From contig CAWFAK010000015.1 of the NCBI GenBank assembly GCA_963813715.1, positions 32,001-96,000 on the forward strand: 64,000 nucleotides of DNA, written 5' to 3'. The stretch comes from an uncultured Planctomycetaceae bacterium (GTDB lineage Bacteria; Planctomycetota; Planctomycetia; Planctomycetales; Planctomycetaceae). The position numbers were made by a program, and so were the translations under genes. Below the pieces are notes generated by a model. That model saw only the letters and a list, made by a program, of their open reading frames with translations, searched no databases and was not told the origin of the DNA. Position 1 is the stretch's first letter; each line of letters begins with the position of its first letter. Shown here piece after piece: positions 43,801 through 56,995 of the stretch.

Positions 43801-44546
43801 TAAATCCGGTAGCCGAGGCCGACGTTCCCGCCGAACGTGCCGTCGACCGTGGGGAAGGCCCGCACGTCGGCGAAATAGAGTTGGTGATCCATCAGGAAGA
43901 ACGGAAACAGCTCGACGGGAAAGAGCGACAGATCCTGGACCGGACCTTGTCCGGAGATCCCCGCCGCCCGCACCTGCACCGCAACCAGGTCTTCCCGATC
44001 GAAATAACTAGGCTGTCCGTTGGGTGAGTTGGCGTTCGGAGCGGGCGGATTGGGCGGCGTGATCGTCGGTGTCGAATTGTTGGGAGTCGTCGGGCTTGGA
44101 GTTGAATTGTTGGGCGCGGGCCCGTTCGACCCCGGAGTGCTCGAAGAAGGTGGCGTCGACGATGAAGCATTGGCAGCTGGCGCGATCGAAGACGAGCTGG
44201 AGTTGGCCGAATTTGTGCCTGTCGAGCTTCCGCTTGTCGCATCGGCCGCAGTCGAAGTTGCGGAGGCAGGGACCAACGCGGGCATTTTGGGCGGCGACGA
44301 ATTCGTCGATTTGCCGCCGCCGTTTGATTTTGCGTCTCCCGATTTTGCGGACGAACCTGGCGCGGTCACTGGAGGCGGCGCGTCGTCCGGCATCGACGGC
44401 GCGGCCGGTGTCGCAGGGAGGGGATCGTCGGCGCGCAGAGTCGCAGCTGCACCCGCCAGGAGGGCGAGGGCCAGTCCGCCGGTCAGCGCGCAGAGGCGCG
44501 CGCGGGACACTCGCACCGTCGATTTGTCGACGAGGAAGAAGTCCAT
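40848..44546 (-). CDS. Inverse-autotransporter-like outer-membrane protein with a right-handed beta-helix passenger (frameshifts near 41690 and 41500)
   Basis: Signal peptide, Ser/Pro/Asn linker, barrel-like segment (GGNVGLGYR, RVFGISGWYD, DWRANVYVP, GFDMELG), then G(T)INSPFQTIAAA and Asn/Gly/Thr-rich repeats. Confidence 0.82.
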
Positions 44547-44760
44547 CACAGTCGGTCCTGCGTATTCAGACGCGCTGCGAAACACTTCGCGGCCATGCAG
44601 GTTCACGAAGCAGCGTCACGAATGGGGAGGGGTGATCGAGATTTGTGGCAGGGAGGGACTCGGCCGAAGCGCGGGCGCGCTTCGATGACGAGCGATAAAG
44701 TCTGCGAGAAATCAGGAATGCAGGCTGGAAGGGTGGAGGCAGGATGTGGAGAGGGGGGTA

Positions 44761-44789
44761 GAAATACTCGCACCCGCCAAATGTGTCAA
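44761..44789 (-). promoter_or_regulatory. Possible sigma70 promoter of the adhesin gene
   Basis: TTGACA-N17-TATTTC on the minus strand. Confidence 0.4.
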
Positions 44790-44949
44790 TACGGTCCCGC
44801 GCCGCGGCTTCGCCTGCGAGGACACCGACCTTGCGGTAAACAGTGGTTCGTCGTCGGGAAGATGCGTGTGCATGGCACACCTCCTTTCAAATTGAGTCAC
44901 GGGAAACGACACGGCGTCGCCATCCGGGTTCATCGTTTCGCCCCCACAT

Positions 44950-45372
44950 TCATTTGACTGAATCGGGAGCGCCCGCCTCGATCCACGCGCGCACCGTCTC
45001 CTTCTCCGATGGCGTGAGCCGTCCCCGCGGCGCGTCGGGGGGCGGCATCTCATCGTGCTCGACGAGCGCCCACAGCTCAGACTCCGCGGGGCGGCCGGGA
45101 ACGATTTTCTCGGGGTCCGCGGCCAGCCGCTTGAGATCGAGCACGTAGCCGAAGCGGCCTCGGGGCCGGGGCAGGTCGGGGCCGTGGCAGCCGGCACACT
45201 TCATCCGAAAGATACCGCGCGCCGCGTCCGCCAGATTTGCCACCCGCGCTTCGGTCCGAACGGGAGGCGATTCAGCCTGGCTCGGCGAAGCCGAACGACC
45301 GCCGCCAGCCCAGAAGCCGACTCCCGTAAACGCGGCGACAAACGGAATCAGCGCGAGCCACCATTTGTTCAT
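44950..45372 (-). CDS. Planctomycete-type c-type cytochrome
   Basis: Signal peptide, CAGCH haem motif, IVPG.PAESEL, EMPP, WIEAGA. Confidence 0.88.
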   Translation of the reverse strand: MNKWWLALIPFVAAFTGVGFWAGGGRSASPSQAESPPVRTEARVANLADAARGIFRMKCAGCHGPDLPRPRGRFGYVLDLKRLAADPEKIVPGRPAESELWALVEHDEMPPPDAPRGRLTPSEKETVRAWIEAGAPDSVK

Positions 45373-45587
45373 GAGTCACCATTCTCAAGATCGATCGCAG
45401 TTTAAGAATCGCTCGGCGGTCGCGATCGCCGAGTGGCGGGCGTCGAGCCGCAAGAGGCCCCCAGTCATTGGCGCTGAAAGGCGGCCAACACGCCGACCCC
45501 AGACACCCTTTGACTCCCAGCACCTGACCCCGCCACCCGGGCGATCTGCTGCCGAGCCACCCTGTCGTTATTTCCTGGCGCTCGAGT

Positions 45588-46565
45588 TCAGCCCTCGAGC
45601 GTCGTATCGACGATCGCGAGCGAGCCAGCGTTCTCGAAATAAGAGACGGCCGTCAAACCGAGCATCGATCGCAGCCGTTCCGCGGGCAGATCGCGCATCG
45701 GACCCGGCGTTCCCTTCCCCGGTTGCGACTGGGGAAACGCGGTCGAGCGGGCCGTATGAAAAGTCACCCGCCCTTCCACTTTCTGCATCACCTGATGGAT
45801 ATGACCGTTGAGTACGGTCAGCGAGCCGAAGCGCCGCAGGATTCGCAGGGCCCGCGCGGCGTCCTGCGTGCCCCAGCCCCATTTCTCGTAGACCGACCAG
45901 AGCGGCACGTGCGCGAACACAACGACGGGCGTGCTGTCGGCCAGCCCCGCCACGTCGCGTTCCAACCACTGCAATTGGTCCGGGCCGATCACGCCCAGTC
46001 CCCCGTCCTTGCTGCCGGACTTCGCGGTGGCGACGTTCACCAGGCCGATGAAGTGGACCCCTTGCGTATTGAAGCTGTACCAACCGCTCCCCGACGTCCC
46101 TCGGCCGTAGCGCTTGAGGTATTCCCGGTTTCCGTCGCTGTCAAAATCGTGTTCGCCCGGCACATAGAAGACGCGGCCGGCCTTCGCTTCCTTGAGCAGC
46201 TCGGCAACCGCGTCAAATTCCTCGGGACGGGCCGAGTGGGTGATGTCGCCCGTATGAAGAATGAACGCGGGCGGCTCGGGCAGCGCATTGATCCGGGCAA
46301 TCGTTTGCCTGAGCGTGCCGGCGACGTCCTTGTTGGGGGCGCGGCTGAACCCGAGATGGCTGTCGCTGATCTGCACGAACGACAGACTCGAGCGATTTGT
46401 CGCCGCTTGCCCGAAGACGCGCGACGTGGCGATCCCGCCGGACATTCCCCAAACGAGCCCCGTGCCGACCCAGGCCATGCACTTGAGCATGCCCCGGCGG
46501 TCGATGCCGTCGTCGTGATTGTTGGTTGAAGGCGGGGATGGAAATAGCGTCTTGTCGTCGCGCAT
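45588..46565 (-). CDS. Tat-exported calcineurin-like metallophosphoesterase
   Basis: IDRRGML twin-arginine signal; QISDSH, HTGD, PGEHD, FAHVP, NGHIHQ. Confidence 0.9.
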   Translation of the reverse strand: MRDDKTLFPSPPSTNNHDDGIDRRGMLKCMAWVGTGLVWGMSGGIATSRVFGQAATNRSSLSFVQISDSHLGFSRAPNKDVAGTLRQTIARINALPEPPAFILHTGDITHSARPEEFDAVAELLKEAKAGRVFYVPGEHDFDSDGNREYLKRYGRGTSGSGWYSFNTQGVHFIGLVNVATAKSGSKDGGLGVIGPDQLQWLERDVAGLADSTPVVVFAHVPLWSVYEKWGWGTQDAARALRILRRFGSLTVLNGHIHQVMQKVEGRVTFHTARSTAFPQSQPGKGTPGPMRDLPAERLRSMLGLTAVSYFENAGSLAIVDTTLEG

Positions 46566-46620
46566 CGAAATCTCCTGGGCAACAAATCGCGGAACGGACT
46601 GAAACAGGGCCACCGACATC

Positions 46621-46649
46621 CCTACCGAGCCCGTCCCCAAAAAATTCCC
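46621..46649 (-). promoter_or_regulatory. ECF-type promoter for the metallophosphoesterase operon
   Basis: GGGAAT-N16-CGGTAGG on the minus strand, same boxes as the divergent promoter. Confidence 0.7.
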
Positions 46650-46686
46650 GACGACAAAATTCCGCAGAATTAGAGAAAATTGACGA

Positions 46687-46715
46687 GGGAATAAACGGCG
46701 GCCGCGGACGGTAGG
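46687..46715 (+). promoter_or_regulatory. ECF-type autoregulatory promoter for the sigma gene
   Basis: GGGAAT-N16-CGGTAGG on the plus strand. Confidence 0.7.
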
Positions 46716-46792
46716 ATAGATGGGGTGTCGCCCGCTCGGCGGCCGTTGGACGCTCTCGCCGCGAATAGCTCCCCGCGTTTGGAAGCCCGCAT

Positions 46793-47318
46793 TTGGAATC
46801 CGATGAGCGGAGGCGGTTTGCAGATGTCACGCTGCCTCATCTCGATGCTGCGTACAACCTGGCCCGCTGGTTGACGCGGGACGAGCACGCCGCCGAGGAC
46901 GTGGTCCAGGAGGCGTACCTTCGCGCTGCGCGGTACTTCGGCAGCTTCCGCGGAGGCGACGGGCGACCCTGGCTGTTGGGAGTGGTGCGCCGTGCGGCAT
47001 TCGACTGGCTACAATCGGCATCGGGGACCAACCGCGGTCTCCTTCGACGACGACTTGCATGATCGGGGCGACACGTCGGCCGACCCGCAACAGCTGGTCT
47101 TGCGCAAGAGCGACGAAGCCAGCGTGCGCGACGCCTTGGCCGAATTGCCGTTACCCTTGCGCGAGGTGATCGTGTTGCGCGAGCTGGAAGGCCTGAGCTA
47201 TCAAGAGATCGCCGTGCTCGTCGAAATTCCGATCGGCACCGTGATGTCCCGCCTGTCGCGGGGACGACGGCAACTTCAACAGCGACTGGCCGGCTACGTG
47301 GGCGAGGACGCGAAATGA
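46793..47318 (+). CDS. ECF sigma factor, ECF26-like (frameshift near 47015)
   Basis: LPHLDAAYNLARWL, AEDVVQEAYLRA, LRELEGLSYQEIA, PIGTVMSRLSRGR. Confidence 0.92.
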
Positions 47319-48105
47319 ACTGCCAGGACGTCCAACAACTGTTGTCCGCCTACGCCGACGGCGAGCTGGACCTCGTCCACAGCCTGCAGGTCGAGGAGCA
47401 CCTCGGCAGCTGTCCCGCCTGGCGCAGTCCGAAAAGAACCTGCGCTCGCTGCACACAGCGCTCGCCGCGCCGTCGCTGCGGTACGCGGCACCCGCCGCGC
47501 TTGCGCTCAGATTCATGCCTCGCTCGACGAGGCGGCCCTCGTCACTGCGGGCAAGCGTCCCGGTGCAAACCGGGAAGCGTGGCTGCGGCCCGTCGCGCTG
47601 GCCGCCGGATTTCTCGTGATGATCGGCGTCGGTGCCACGCTTGGCATTCTGCTGTCGCTGGGGCCGGAGTGCGAACGGCCGGATCGAGGACTGGGTCATC
47701 GCCGGACACGTCCGTTCGCTGCAGGTCAATCACCTGACCGACGTGGTTTCGTCCGATCGGCACACGGTGAAACCCTGGTTTCGCGACAAGCTCGATTTTT
47801 CGCCGCTGGTCCCCGACCTGGCCGCCGACGGTTTTCCGCTGACTGGCGGGCGCCTCGATTACCTCGACGGTCGCCCGGTCGCGGCCCTCGTTTACCAGCG
47901 CGGCAAACACGCGATCAACGTCTTCACCTGGCCAACGCAGGCCGCCGGTGACACACCATTGCGCGAGTTCAGCCGGCAGGGATTCCACCTCCGCGAATGG
48001 CAACAAGCGGGGATGAACTACTGGGCGATCTCCGATCTCAACGACGAAGATCTGGACCAATTCGTGCGGTTGTATCAGCAACGCACGAGCGCCCCGCCGC
48101 CCTGA
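47315..48105 (+). CDS. Transmembrane anti-sigma factor (frameshifted)
   Basis: MNC...LSAYADGEL...HL.SC ZAS-like start; SSDRHTVKPWF, GGRLDYLDGR.VAALVY, YWAISDL; ATGA overlap with the sigma gene. Confidence 0.88.
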
Positions 48106-48402
48106 CTAGTCGCCGACGAACTTGATGTAGAGATGCACCGCTGCTCTGCAGGTCGAGACCAGCGACAGGATCTGTTGGAGTTCCGCCTTTTGTTCTGGCG
48201 CACCACACTCGCTGCTCAACAACTGCAGGTCCGCTTCCAGGTAGGGAGCCTGAATGTGATTGAAGGTTGTGTCACCGTACGGGTCGACAAACCTCAGGCA
48301 GACAAATCGGGCATCGGTTTCCGCCGGGATGAGGCTGGGTGAAAAGTCCACTGCAGATCCGATCTGCAGACCCTGTTCGTTTTCAATAACGACTTGGATC
48401 AT
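48106..48402 (-). CDS. Small hypothetical protein
   Basis: Directly downstream of nth; LRFVDPYGDTTFN...HLYIKFVGD. Confidence 0.75.
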   Translation of the reverse strand: MIQVVIENEQGLQIGSAVDFSPSLIPAETDARFVCLRFVDPYGDTTFNHIQAPYLEADLQLLSSECGAPEQKAELQQILSLVSTCRAAVHLYIKFVGD

Positions 48403-48411
48403 CCCGATCCC

Positions 48412-49245
48412 TCATTCCAACGGTGGCAACCCCACGCGTTGGCAGCAGTGGAGGAGCGGGCAGATCGGGCATTGCGGCCGTCGGGCGATGCAGATGCGTC
48501 GGCCGTGGTGGATGAGGCGGTGGGAGAAATCGACCCACTCCGATTGCGGGATCAGCTGCATCAGATCCTGTTCGATCTGTTCGGGGTTCGTGCTCTGCGT
48601 CAGGCCCAGCAGGTTGCTGATCCGCTTGACGTGCGTGTCGACGACGACGCCCGTGGCGATGCCCCAGACCGTGCCCAGCGCCACGTTCGCCGTCTTGCGG
48701 CCGACGCCCGGTAGCGTGACGAGTTCGTCCAGCGTGCGGGGAATTTCGCCGCCGAACTCTTCGACCACTCCCTTGGCCATGCCGCGCAGGCTGGTCGCCT
48801 TGGCACGGAAGAAGCCGGTCGAGCGGATCATGGCTTCGAGTTCGCCCTGGTCGGCAGCCGCCAAGGCGCGGACGTCGGGATACTTGGCAAATAGAGCGGG
48901 CGTCACCATGTTGACTCGTTCGTCAGTGCATTGCGCCGAGAGGATCGTGGCGACCAGCAATTGGTAGGCGCTGTTGTGCGTGAGCGCGCAGACGGCGTCC
49001 GGATAGGCCTTGGCCAGCGCGCGAACGACTTGCTTGGCCTGCGCTTTCAGATCGGTCGGCGCGGAAATGCGCTTGGCGGGCGCGCGTTTGGATGACGGCG
49101 CCGGCTGGCTCTTGGGCTTGGCGGTCCCAGCGGCTTTCGCGGGGCCCTTGGCCGGCCCTTTGGTCGCGCGTCCGGCCGTGGCGCGGGAAGGCGCAAACGG
49201 GCGCTTTGGGGGTGCCGGACGGGCGGTTTTCGCGGTTTTTGCCAT
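48412..49245 (-). CDS. nth: Endonuclease III
   Basis: [17 protein letters not shown], Hh[17 protein letters not shown], and [13 protein letters not shown]...C 4Fe-4S motif. Confidence 0.96.
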   Translation of the reverse strand: MAKTAKTARPAPPKRPFAPSRATAGRATKGPAKGPAKAAGTAKPKSQPAPSSKRAPAKRISAPTDLKAQAKQVVRALAKAYPDAVCALTHNSAYQLLVATILSAQCTDERVNMVTPALFAKYPDVRALAAADQGELEAMIRSTGFFRAKATSLRGMAKGVVEEFGGEIPRTLDELVTLPGVGRKTANVALGTVWGIATGVVVDTHVKRISNLLGLTQSTNPEQIEQDLMQLIPQSEWVDFSHRLIHHGRRICIARRPQCPICPLLHCCQRVGLPPLE

Positions 49246-49425
49246 CGTCGAACTTCCTGGAAGGCCTAATTCAGCAGTGGGCAGCCGGCGGGGTCCCGGA
49301 TAAGATTCCCGGGGACGCGAGTGATGCCTTTGTCCGCGCCCGACCCATTCGAGTCAAGCGGTGCGCGCCGACTTCCCATTCCAGACTCGAGGGCACGAAC
49401 GCGTGTCGGGCGAGCCTGGCCTGGG

Positions 49426-49818
49426 ATGAGCGAATATCCCGAAAAATACCTGGAGGGCGTTCGGCTCTTCAACGAGCAGGAGTTCTTCGAGTGCCACGAG
49501 GTGCTGGAGGAACTCTGGTCCGAGACGCTCGGCGACGAGAAGAAATTCTATCAGGGGCTGATCCAGGCGGCCGTGGCCTTGTTTCATTTTGGCAACGAAA
49601 ACCTGGGCGGAGCGCGCAAACTCTACGAATCGTCCCGATCGAACCTGCAGCGTTACGGTTCCTTTTATCAGGGGCTGGACCTCGAAAAATTCCACGCCGA
49701 CATGAAAACCTGCTTCCGCGAGCTGTTGGAGGCCACCCAGGCCTATCCGGCCGGCGTAGAATTGGTCGAAGAGCGAATTCCGACGATTCAACTCGCTGGG
49801 GTTAAGGAAGAGTTATGA
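49426..49818 (+). CDS. DUF309-domain protein
   Basis: GVRLFN..EFFECHEVLEELW, YQGLIQ.AVAL.H...N..GA. Confidence 0.9.
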   Translation: MSEYPEKYLEGVRLFNEQEFFECHEVLEELWSETLGDEKKFYQGLIQAAVALFHFGNENLGGARKLYESSRSNLQRYGSFYQGLDLEKFHADMKTCFRELLEATQAYPAGVELVEERIPTIQLAGVKEEL

Positions 49819-50552
49819 GCAAGCCGTTCGACGTTCGCGATCAGCTTGCGACTTTCGCGGGGACGGCCCCGCTGTTTCCCCTGCCCGACGTCGTTCACTT
49901 TCCGCACTTGCTCTTGCCACTGCATATTTTCGAGCCCCGTTATCGGGAGATGGTGGCCGACGCCCTGGAGGGAGACCGCCTGCTGGCGATGGCTCTGCTC
50001 AAGCCGGGCCTCGGCACAACCGAGGGTTCGCCGCCGATTCACGACACGGTGTGCCTGGGCCGCATCACGGCAGACCAGCAGACCGAAGACGGTCGCTACT
50101 ATCTGGTGCTGCAAGGCCTGTCGCGGGCGCGGATCATTCGCGAAGAGAACGACGACCTGGCCTATCGCGTCGCTCACCTTGAACTGCAGCCCGATCCCGA
50201 ATGTCCCTTCTCTACCGCCACTGCCAACGCACACCGGCGGCGGCTGTTGATGGCGTTCCGCAGCCTGTTTCCCAAACACAACCTCGACCGCGTGCTCCGC
50301 CGGGCCCTCAAGGAAGCGGTGCCGTTGGGCATTTTGTGCGACGTGCTGGCCGACGCGATGTCGCTCGAGTCGCAAACGGCTTACCGAGTGCTGGCCGAGA
50401 CCGACGTGAAGGAGCGCTGCCGCCTCGTGCTGCGGTTGATCCAGGAACGCCTGGACCAGGGATCGACAGACGACGCTCCGGCCCTCAAATGTGCGCCCAC
50501 CGATTGGGCCGACACCAACAGCGGCTGGCCGCCCCAGTTCAGTCAGAACTGA
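49815..50552 (+). CDS. LON peptidase substrate-binding (N-terminal) domain protein
   Basis: PLFPL..VV.FP...LPLHIFEPRYR.MV, DGRY..VLQGLSR. Confidence 0.9.
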   Translation: MSKPFDVRDQLATFAGTAPLFPLPDVVHFPHLLLPLHIFEPRYREMVADALEGDRLLAMALLKPGLGTTEGSPPIHDTVCLGRITADQQTEDGRYYLVLQGLSRARIIREENDDLAYRVAHLELQPDPECPFSTATANAHRRRLLMAFRSLFPKHNLDRVLRRALKEAVPLGILCDVLADAMSLESQTAYRVLAETDVKERCRLVLRLIQERLDQGSTDDAPALKCAPTDWADTNSGWPPQFSQN

Positions 50553-50809
50553 TTCGCTTGAACCGATCAATCTGAGCGGATCGGGTTTGAACTCCATCGC
50601 TTCGTGCGGGCGCGGACATTGTTTCGTCGGCCGTCGCGTCGAATCCTCGCGAAGCGTCCGGCCGCGGCTTATATTGTAAGTACCCACCCCCCAAAGCCTT
50701 CGCCCGATTGCTCACCCTAAAGTGATCGGGCGACCAGGACACGCCGTTTCACTCGCGCTGCAGGGACGCGCTCTTTAATCGTCGGTTTGCCAGCGCAGGC
50801 TCCCGTCGC

Positions 50810-53952
<3,143 letters not shown>

Positions 53953-53971
53953 GTCAAAAGAAAAGAACTTC

Positions 53972-54067
53972 TGAACAGGAGGCAACAGAGCGGAGAATGG
54001 GAATCGATCCGTTGCGTTTTTTTCGTCTTCCTCCGTTACCTCCGTTACCTCTGTTACCTCCTGTTCA
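53972..54067. repeat. Intergenic inverted-repeat element with an internal 9-bp tandem repeat
   Basis: TGAACAGGAGGCAACAGAG ... CTCTGTTACCTCCTGTTCA (one mismatch); CCTCYGTTA x3. Confidence 0.75.
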
Positions 54068-54126
54068 AAATCTGGAAATCTGTTTTCGCCTTTTCTAAAT
54101 CGCCCTCCGAGCTTGGTGCTGACCCG

Positions 54127-55565
54127 ATGAATTGTCAGGACTCCCTTTATCGCGGTTGCAACCCTGCGGCGGTTTCCCGCCGCTGGTTCTTGCAGCAGTG
54201 CGGCGTCGGGTTAGGCGCGATGTCATTAGCGGAGCTGTTGGGGAATCGCGCGGCGCCGCGACGACGGCAAAGTCGAACAATCCGCTGGCCGTGCACGAGC
54301 CGCATTATCCGGCGAAGGCCAAGTCCGTCATCTTCCTGTTCATGGCCGGCGCTCCGAGTCATTTGGAACTATTCGACTACAAGCCGCAATTGGCTCGTTT
54401 CGACGGGCAGCTGCCGCCGGCCGAGTTGCTCAAGGGTTATCGGGCCGCCTTCATCAATCCGAACTCGAACTTGCTGGGTCCGCGATTCAAGTTCCGCAAA
54501 TACGGGCAGAGCGGGGCCGAGCTGTCGGAGATCGTGCCCCACTTGGCGGGCGTCGCCGACGAGCTCGCGATCGTCAAGTCGATGGTCACCGACGCGTTCA
54601 ATCACGCCCCCGGCCAAATCCTGATGAGCACGGGGACGCAACAGTTCGGTCGCCCGAGCCTCGGCGCGTGGGTGACGTACGGCCTGGGGAGCGAATCGCA
54701 GGATCTGCCCGGCTTCGTCGTCTTTAGCTCCGGCACCAAAGGGCCCAGCGGCGGCAACTCCAACTGGGGCAGCGGATTCTTGCCGACCGTTTACCAGGGC
54801 GTGCAGTTCCGCGGCACGGGCGACCCGGTCCTTTATCTGTCGAATCCCGCGGGCGTCGACCGGGCCGTGCAGGCGGATTCGCTCGAGGCGATCCAGTCTC
54901 TCAACCAGATGCGCCTCGCGCGGATGGGCGATCCCGAAATCGCCACCCGCATCCACTCGTTTGAGATGGCCTTTCGCATGCAGGCCAGCGCCCCGGAGCT
55001 GATGGACCTGGGCCGCGAGCCGAAACACATTCTCGAAATGTACGGAGCCGAGCCGGGCAAGCCTTCGTTCGCGAATAACTGTCTGTTGGCGCGGCGGCTG
55101 GTCGAGCGCGGCGTGCGGTTCGTCGAGCTATTTCACGAAGCGTGGGACCAGCACGGCAACCTGGTCCACGATCTCAGGAAGAATTGCCTGGCCACCGATC
55201 AGGCGTGCGCCGCGCTGGTCAAAGATCTCAAGCAGCGCGGAATGCTCGACAACACGCTCGTCGTCTGGGGCGGCGAGTTCGGCCGAACGCCCATGGTGCA
55301 AGGCGGCAACGACGGCCGCGACCACCATCCCAATTGTTTCACAATGTGGCTGGCCGGCGGCGGCGTGAAGCCGGGCATCACGCTCGGCGAGAGCGACGAC
55401 TTCGGCTTCAACGCCGTCAAAGACCGCGTGCACGTCCACGATCTGCACGCCACCATCCTGCACCTCCTGGGCTTCGACCACACGCGGCTCACCTATCGCT
55501 TCCAAGGCCGCAACTTCCGACTGACCGACGTGCTGGGGAACATCGTGCAGCCGCTCTTGGCATAG
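54127..55565 (+). CDS. DUF1501 protein with a Tat signal (frameshift near 54250)
   Basis: [58 protein letters not shown]. Confidence 0.93.
55371..55565 (+). repeat. 195-bp direct repeat, copy 1 (3' end of the DUF1501 gene)
   Basis: 13 mismatches against 56996-57190 by manual codon alignment. Confidence 0.95.
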
Positions 55566-55609
55566 GCGCAACTCTTTAGACCATGTCGACAACGGATATG
55601 GCATCGGGC

Positions 55610-55638
55610 GTGCCCCTCAAGATAAAATGCGGTATAAT
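55610..55638 (+). promoter_or_regulatory. Putative sigma70 promoter of the inserted cassette
   Basis: Consensus TATAAT at 55633-55638; weak -35 (GTGCCC) 17 bp upstream; GGAGA RBS before the GTG. Confidence 0.55.
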
Positions 55639-55670
55639 CCACGGTGTTTCGAGACCCGGCGGAGAAGCGC

Positions 55671-56561
55671 GTGACCGCAACAATAGGTTTCATTAGCGAG
55701 AAAGGCGGCGTCGGCAAAACGACCACTTGTTACCACATCGCCGTCGGATTGCATCGCTTCAATCAGCAGCGCGTGCTTTGCGTAGACACCGACTACCAAA
55801 GGTGAGGTCTGACGTGCCGATTCGTTCCTCGTCTAATTGAGCACTTTAGCTCTAAAACTAAGCCGACTGAGCGAACACTCTTCGACAAATTTCAGCAACT
55901 TTACGGCGGAGCCCCTGCGTCGCTTGAGGTGGACGTGCTTGAGACACCTTTGGGTGTTGACCTCGTCCCTGCGGATCCGAATCTGATGCAAGTGACCGTC
56001 GAAAAAATGCCGGCCACAAACAGCATACGGGAGAATAACCGCATGCTTCTGCGTCACTTAGCCCTTCTGAATGCAGTGTTGGGACCTCTAAAGTCAGATT
56101 ACGATTACGTTTTGATTGATTCTCATCCAGAATTATCTGACTTGTTGCGTACTGTCGTCTATGCATGCGACTACTGCGTTTCACCGGTGCGTCTAGACCT
56201 TCAATCGACAATTGGAGTGCCGTCAGCATTAGAGGCGATCAACGAGGTCAATGGCGACATGGAAATGATTCAAGCCGCCACGGGGGAAAACGATGACTAT
56301 GTGGCGACACAGTTTGCAGGCAGTATAGGCGTTATGGCTCGGGAATGGGGAGGTATCCTAATAGGCACGCAGCGCGTCGAGTATCGGCGGCTTGAGCGCG
56401 TCGGTCCCGTGTTCGGCAGTTATGTTACCGAAGGTGATGGCATCCGACAGGCGGCGCAATATCGCCGCCCGGTGTACGATGTTAACGGCTCCAACGCGGA
56501 TAAGCAGGCTGAGCAATATCGGAGGCTCACCGAGGAGTTCATGCGACGATGTCCGAGTTAG
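55671..56561 (+). pseudogene. ParA/Soj-family ATPase interrupted by an in-frame TGA at 55803-55805
   Basis: SEKGGVGKTT deviant Walker A, VLCVDTDYQR*GLT, then the same frame continues (LVPAD, YDYVLIDSHP); lower GC. Confidence 0.8.
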
Positions 56562-56977
56562 AGGCTCGAATTGATCCGTGGCGATTGGTTCAGTGGCTTG
56601 GCAAAGACGGCGCCAAGGCCGGACTGAAAGCTAGTAAATCGTGTACTGTTTCGACGTTGATGGATGCGGCGTCGCGTTTGGGAATAAAAGCCGAGTCAAA
56701 GGCTACACGACAGGAGCTGATTGATGAGATCGTACGCGTAGCAGGAAGGAGAATAGACAAGACAATCGATGATCTCCAGCGGATGAGCCGGGAGGAGCTT
56801 GTACATTATTTTGAACGCGTTGGCGCCGATCACGAGGAGCTTCTTGACTTGCTGCGTGAAATGAATGTCCAGCCGACGAAGGAAGCTCTTCGTAATCTCG
56901 TTGAGTTTGTCTCGATGGAGCTGAGTGAAACTGGACGGTTCATTCGCATTGCAGGCAAGAAATCAAATGTTGGATGA
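56549..56977 (+). CDS. Hypothetical protein with a Rho-N/HeH-like helical motif
   Basis: GAGGAG RBS, overlaps the ParA-like stop; TVSTLMDAASRLGIK...KATRQELIDEI. Confidence 0.75.
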   Translation: MSELEARIDPWRLVQWLGKDGAKAGLKASKSCTVSTLMDAASRLGIKAESKATRQELIDEIVRVAGRRIDKTIDDLQRMSREELVHYFERVGADHEELLDLLREMNVQPTKEALRNLVEFVSMELSETGRFIRIAGKKSNVG

Positions 56978-56995
56978 TACTCCGTTGTCGTTGGT

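Noticed and set aside
55803..55805. Selenocysteine or genetic-code reassignment of TGA
   Set aside because: The position is not a Cys-type site, no SECIS is evident, and TGA terminates many genes in the window
55566..56995. Prophage or plasmid integration
   Set aside because: Only 1.4 kb, with no integrase, replication or structural genes
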